From Octopus bimaculoides (Eukaryota), in contig NC_068981.1 in the NCBI RefSeq assembly GCF_001194135.2, positions 135,491,174-135,545,136 on the forward strand: a stretch of 53,963 nucleotides of DNA, given 5' to 3'. The position numbers were made by a program, and so were the translations under genes. Every line of letters starts with the position of its first letter. The stretch's first letter is position 1. The notes under the pieces are model-generated. The model saw nothing but the letters and a program-made list of their open reading frames with translations. It was not told where the DNA came from and made no database searches. Below are positions 49,341-53,963 of this stretch, piece after piece.

Positions 49341-49518
49341 TTTGGGTGTGATTTTTGCCGATATATGTATGCTTCTGTGTGTATGAGTGAGTGTGATAAT
49401 AAATGATGTAAATGTGCGTGGTGCGTGCGTGTGTATGTGTATGTGTGTGTGTGTGTATGTGTGTGTGTGTGGAATTATATATGATGTAATTGTGCGTGTG
49501 TGGTGTGCATGGCATGAC

Positions 49519-49551
<33 letters not shown>

Positions 49552-49847
49552 TGCGTGCGCGCGCGCGTGTGATTGTGCGATGCGTGTGTGTATATGAGTG
49601 AGTGTGTGTGTGTGTATACGCGTGTGAGTGTATGTGTGTGGGTATGTGATGCGCGTGTTGTGTATGCTTGTGTGTGTTTTCTGTCACAAACTTGAAGTGT
49701 TAGCTATTACTATACTTGACAATAATCTGTTTTGCCCAGAAGCAAATTTTTGTTGTCTGTCATAAATTTTTAAATGTCTTTATTTTTCCCCCTTTTATTT
49801 CATCCTTGAGTTTTCAACCAGCAATGTCATTCTCCTTCTCTTCCCTC

Positions 49848-49879
<32 letters not shown>

Positions 49880-50540
49880 GTCGTCGTCGTCTCAACCACC
49901 TATAAGTTCATCACCTCCTCCACCTTCACCACTACCACCACGNNNNNNNNNNNNNNNNNNNNNNNNNNNNNNNNNNNNNNNNNNNNNNNNNNNNNNNNNN
50001 NNNNNNNNNNNNNNNNNNNNNNNNNNNNNNNNNNNNNNNNNNNNNNNNNNNNNNNNNNNNNNNNNNNNNNNNNNNNNNNNNNNNNNNNNNNNNNNNNNNN
50101 NNNNNNNNNNNNNNNNNNNNNNNNNNNNNNNNNNNNNNNNNNNNNNNNNNNNNNNNNNNNNNNNNNNNNNNNNNNNNNNNNNNNNNNNNNNNNNNNNNNN
50201 NNNNNNNNNNNNNNNNNNNNNNNNNNNNNNNNNNNNNNNNNNNNNNNNNNNNNNNNNNNNNNNNNNNNNNNNNNNNNNNNNNNNNNNNNNNNNNNNNNNN
50301 NNNNNNNNNNNNNNNNNNNNNNNNNNNNNNNNNNNNNNNNNNNNNNNNNNNNNNNNNNNNNNNNNNNNNNNNNNNNNNNNNNNNNNNNNNNNNNNNNNNN
50401 NNNNNNNNNNNNNNNNNNNNNNNNNNNNNNNNNNNNNNNNNNNNNNNNNNNNNNNNNNNNNNNNNNNNNNNNNNNNNNNNNNNNNNNNNNNNNNNNNNNN
50501 NNNNNNNNNNNNNNNNNNNNNNNNNNNNNNNNNNNNNNNN

Positions 50541-50711
50541 AAGTTGTGGTGAAAGAGTACAGCAGGGTTCGCCTCTATCCCCTGCCGGAGCCTCGTGGAA
50601 CTTTAAGTGTTTTCGCTCAATAAACACTCACAACGCCCGGTCTTGGAATCGAAACCGCGATCCTATTACCACGAGTCCGCTGCCCTAACCATTGGGCCAT
50701 TGCACCTCCAC
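50541..50711 (-). mobile_element. SINE family D head
   Basis: Near-identical to 18680-18850. Confidence 0.9.
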
Positions 50712-50842
50712 GAAGAGTGATCAACATCTACAAGATGTAAATATCAAACCACTGCTTTAAATCGAAAATGATGATTAAAGGAATTAAACATAATACGAAT
50801 GCAGAGTCAATAATTACACGGAATCCATTATTTTATGGTTAT

Positions 50843-50906
50843 GTCTCGCTACCGAACAGTATTGCATACTTTACAAGTGCTTCATACATTCTGCTTTTAG
50901 TATAGG
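50843..50906 (-). mobile_element. Small RTE ORF2 fragment
   Basis: TKSRMYEALVKYAILFGSET* matches TKxRxYxAxVxxxLLYGSETW. Confidence 0.55.
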
Positions 50907-53009
50907 ATGCAGGAGAATCAATTCCCGCTGCGAACAAACCTTTTATTCTCTGATCATCCATCCTTCTATTACGATAAATACTGTGCTTTGGCTGAAAATA
51001 CGTTTAGCAATAATTAGATCAACTATGAGACAATGAAGGCGCCGGAGTTTGCTCGTTCTACATGTTAAAAAAAGTAACCAAATCCCTTTTAAATCAACAC
51101 CATATTGTCTTAGAAAGGAAGGGCGCTTTGGAGAATCTAGTCTTAGTTATATTATGTTAGAAAATAGAAAATAGAAAAACCTAGAAACCAAACAATATTT
51201 GTCTCATCTGGAACATTTTTATTCACAAGTCTTCAGGATCAAACACCGACAACTTCAGATAACTTAGGTAAGAAAAATGTAGGTAACAGAAACTATTAAC
51301 TTCGTCCAATAAGTTGTTCATGGATTTCATTTCACAGGTGTTTTTATTGGTGATCGGGGAATTTATTATATGTGAAGTCTTTGTTGTCACTTTATCGGAG
51401 ATAATTTGTGTAACCTTAGCTTACATTATATATTCCCTTCTGGATACTGAGTAAACCTACTTTCCAGATATCGTGATCTTTCTTTTATGGCATTTCAGTC
51501 TATCATATGCTGACCTTTTTGACCAGGCTTCCAGGCTTACAACATTGTTTTCTGAAACTCTTCGATAAATTCTGCAACAAAAGACAAATAAATGCATAAA
51601 ATTTCCGAGGGGAACTAATCTTGAACTTCTGTGTTACAGTTTAAAGAATTGTTATGAATATAAGGAGAATGAGACCGGCTTTGGCGAAAAATTTGAATTT
51701 CTAATTTAACTGACTGCCAATCTTAAACCTGCAAAAAGCAATCTTACAGAATATAATTAATAGGTGAGTATGGGGGTCTAAGGAAAGGTGGCAGATGAAA
51801 CCGTGAAACAGCTATTAATAAAAATACATTGTTCTATAAAGAATATTTGGTGCTAATACAATCATTCATAAATAGATCACTGTATAGATAGCACGAACGG
51901 CACTGGAATACGAATGGAGTTTAAAAGCACACTTGAAATGCAAATATTGATAAAAACCGGCAACGGGAAACATTAATATAATAAATGTATACATAGCATC
52001 ACCATCATAAATAGTTCTCTCAACAAGCTACATATCGAATCTATAACATTTCAACATACTACCAAACTAAACATGACCACATGACACATCCTGATGCAAA
52101 AATACTACAGTTAATACTAGAGGAAACACAATGCAATCACGACTAAACCATTTTTATATGTTAAACAATCTATACAAAATGCTCGTATACCGTACCAAGT
52201 CTACAACAGCTTCTCTTCAAGCACAACTTTCTTCTCCACAAGGGTTTCACTAAGTTTGTGTCTATTAAAACCTTTAAAAAACCCTGATAGAACCATTTCC
52301 TCTCAGAAAGAGAATTACACTTTACTGAATTCATTTCTACAATCACAAAATATCGATACTTTCATACAAACATTCAACAAAATAATTGAAGTTTCGAAAA
52401 ATTATATCCCACAAGAGAAATAAAAGTAAAAATACAAACCTTACTACAACGGCCTTCCTGATTAAAACATATGACAGTCTCTTATCAAAGTAACACACAA
52501 TAGAAATCGAACTCAATATCCAGCAACTAAAAAGGAAACAAGGAAATAAACTGCAGAGAGAAAAAAATCCATTATAAACCACAAAAGGAGAAAATACAAT
52601 TACAAAGTAAATAGCAACAATTCTAACGTTAAAAATATCACACAGTCGGTCATTAGAACAATCTCAAGTAATACAACAATACTGTAGCGGCAAGTAAACT
52701 CACTCGTGAAATACTTTTCAAAATACACTTAGCGAAAATAATACACAAAGGAAATAAGAATGCAAAACAAAAGATGCATCTTGACCATTCTTTCCACCAA
52801 GTGCAGTATTAATGCTTGACAAATAAAACACTATGATCATTAATAGAATGCTCTTGATCATAGCTCTGCTCAGTCAGAAACGACCTTGGGCTAAACACCG
52901 CCAACAACAATAAAAACAATAAATCTCATTAACCCTAAACACAATTATTTATGACTTAGTTAAAGGGGAAGGGCTGCATCCATGAATCTCTTTTTGCAAT
53001 GCATTCGTA

Positions 53010-53140
53010 ACGGAGATGTGTGACCAAGTGTGTTGGACTCACGATCATAAGGTCATAGTTTCGATTCTCAGGCCGGGTGGCACGTGCTGTGTTGGAACAA
53101 AACACTTCATTTCATATAGCTCCACTCCACTCGGCCGAAT
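53010..53140 (+). mobile_element. SINE family C head, diverged
   Basis: GGACTCACGATCATAAGGTCATAGTTTCGATTCTC...CACTTCATTTCA...GCTCCACTCCACTC. Confidence 0.75.
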
Positions 53141-53385
53141 ATAAGTATAGAATCCTGTCGGATGAATCGTACTTATATTTCAGACGAAACATCCTCGTCA
53201 TACACCACTTTACACTGATGCTTCCGGAAAATTACGTTTAGGCTATAAACAATGACCTAACCGGTCTTGTTACTTGAACCCCAACCAGATCATTATGTAT
53301 AGCCAACATCTCCATCGACTAGAGGCTGTCATATTTTCTATCATACGCCCTCCGTTAGTATTTGTCTACGTTGTTCAAATACATA

Positions 53386-53560
53386 CCACTGGCCACTCTG
53401 AGCTATTTCCCTTTGCTCATTTTTGTTTAATTTATGTAAATTACCTAGGCCATAAATGCGTTCTTCTCTTTTTTTTTGTATATGTCCTTTGGATACTGGA
53501 GTTAATGCTAGATATTTGCTGTGCTGATGAAACCTTATGAGGCAGAAACAGTAATAAAGA
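53386..53560 (+). mobile_element. Possible Penelope-type terminal repeat with a degenerate hammerhead core
   Basis: CTGATGA (53524-53530)-AACCTTATGAGGCA-GAAAC (53545-53549). The 5' segment repeats at 53902-53934. Confidence 0.35.
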
Positions 53561-53589
53561 TGTTATGACAAAAGTTTGGACAATTTCTC

Positions 53590-53675
53590 TTATCTCTAGA
53601 TAATGAACCTGTCCTTTTCTCTAGATAATGAGCCTGTCCTCTTATCTCTAGACAATGAGCCTGTCCTTTTCCTCA
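53590..53675. repeat. About 25-bp minisatellite, 3 copies
   Basis: TCTCTAGA(T/C)AATGA(A/G)CCTGTCCT repeated. Confidence 0.85.
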
Positions 53676-53963
53676 ATGGCATATCAACTATACAAAATTC
53701 TTGAGTCTTGAGATTATCTCTACTTCTCATATAGACTTGATTTTAATTATAGACTTGATTATCTCTACTTCTTATATAGACTTTTCGTAATTATGACACA
53801 ACCTCTAAAAGCGGAAATACTTTTAATAAATAAAGAATTTAAGTTGTATGGTATTTGATGTACCGGTTTTTATTTATTTTTCTATGATGTTCATTTACAT
53901 GCCAGTGGCCACTCTCAGCTCTTTCTCCTAGCTCACACACACGCGCACACACGCACACACACA

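Overview
AT-rich, gap-riddled eukaryotic genomic DNA. The SINE, LINE and MITE repertoire suggests a coleoid cephalopod, probably Octopus (inference). I find no supportable host protein-coding exon. Nearly all supplied ORFs come from N-runs, microsatellites or decayed transposon frames. The one intact gene is a tRNA-Thr(AGT) at 34258-34331, with a degenerate sister copy about 360 bp upstream. The rest is transposon debris: four tRNA-derived SINE families (informally A-D), many RTE-clade LINE relics (one with a PHD finger), two Penelope-like GIY-YIG relics, a gypsy integrase fragment, a candidate LTR with a doubled tRNA-Trp primer-binding site, two mariner relics, and mariner, hAT, pogo-like and GGATC-ended MITEs. 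I cannot honestly claim a new biological system. The most interesting leads are a local CpG-decay domain recorded in SINE copies (about 1.6-9.4 kb), a tandem SINE array beside the tRNA-Thr pair, a multi-level nested transposon with matching target-site duplications, a GGATCTTTT/8-bp-TSD MITE family, the doubled PBS and a hammerhead-like motif. Many repeat boundaries were set by eye and may be off by 10-20 bp.
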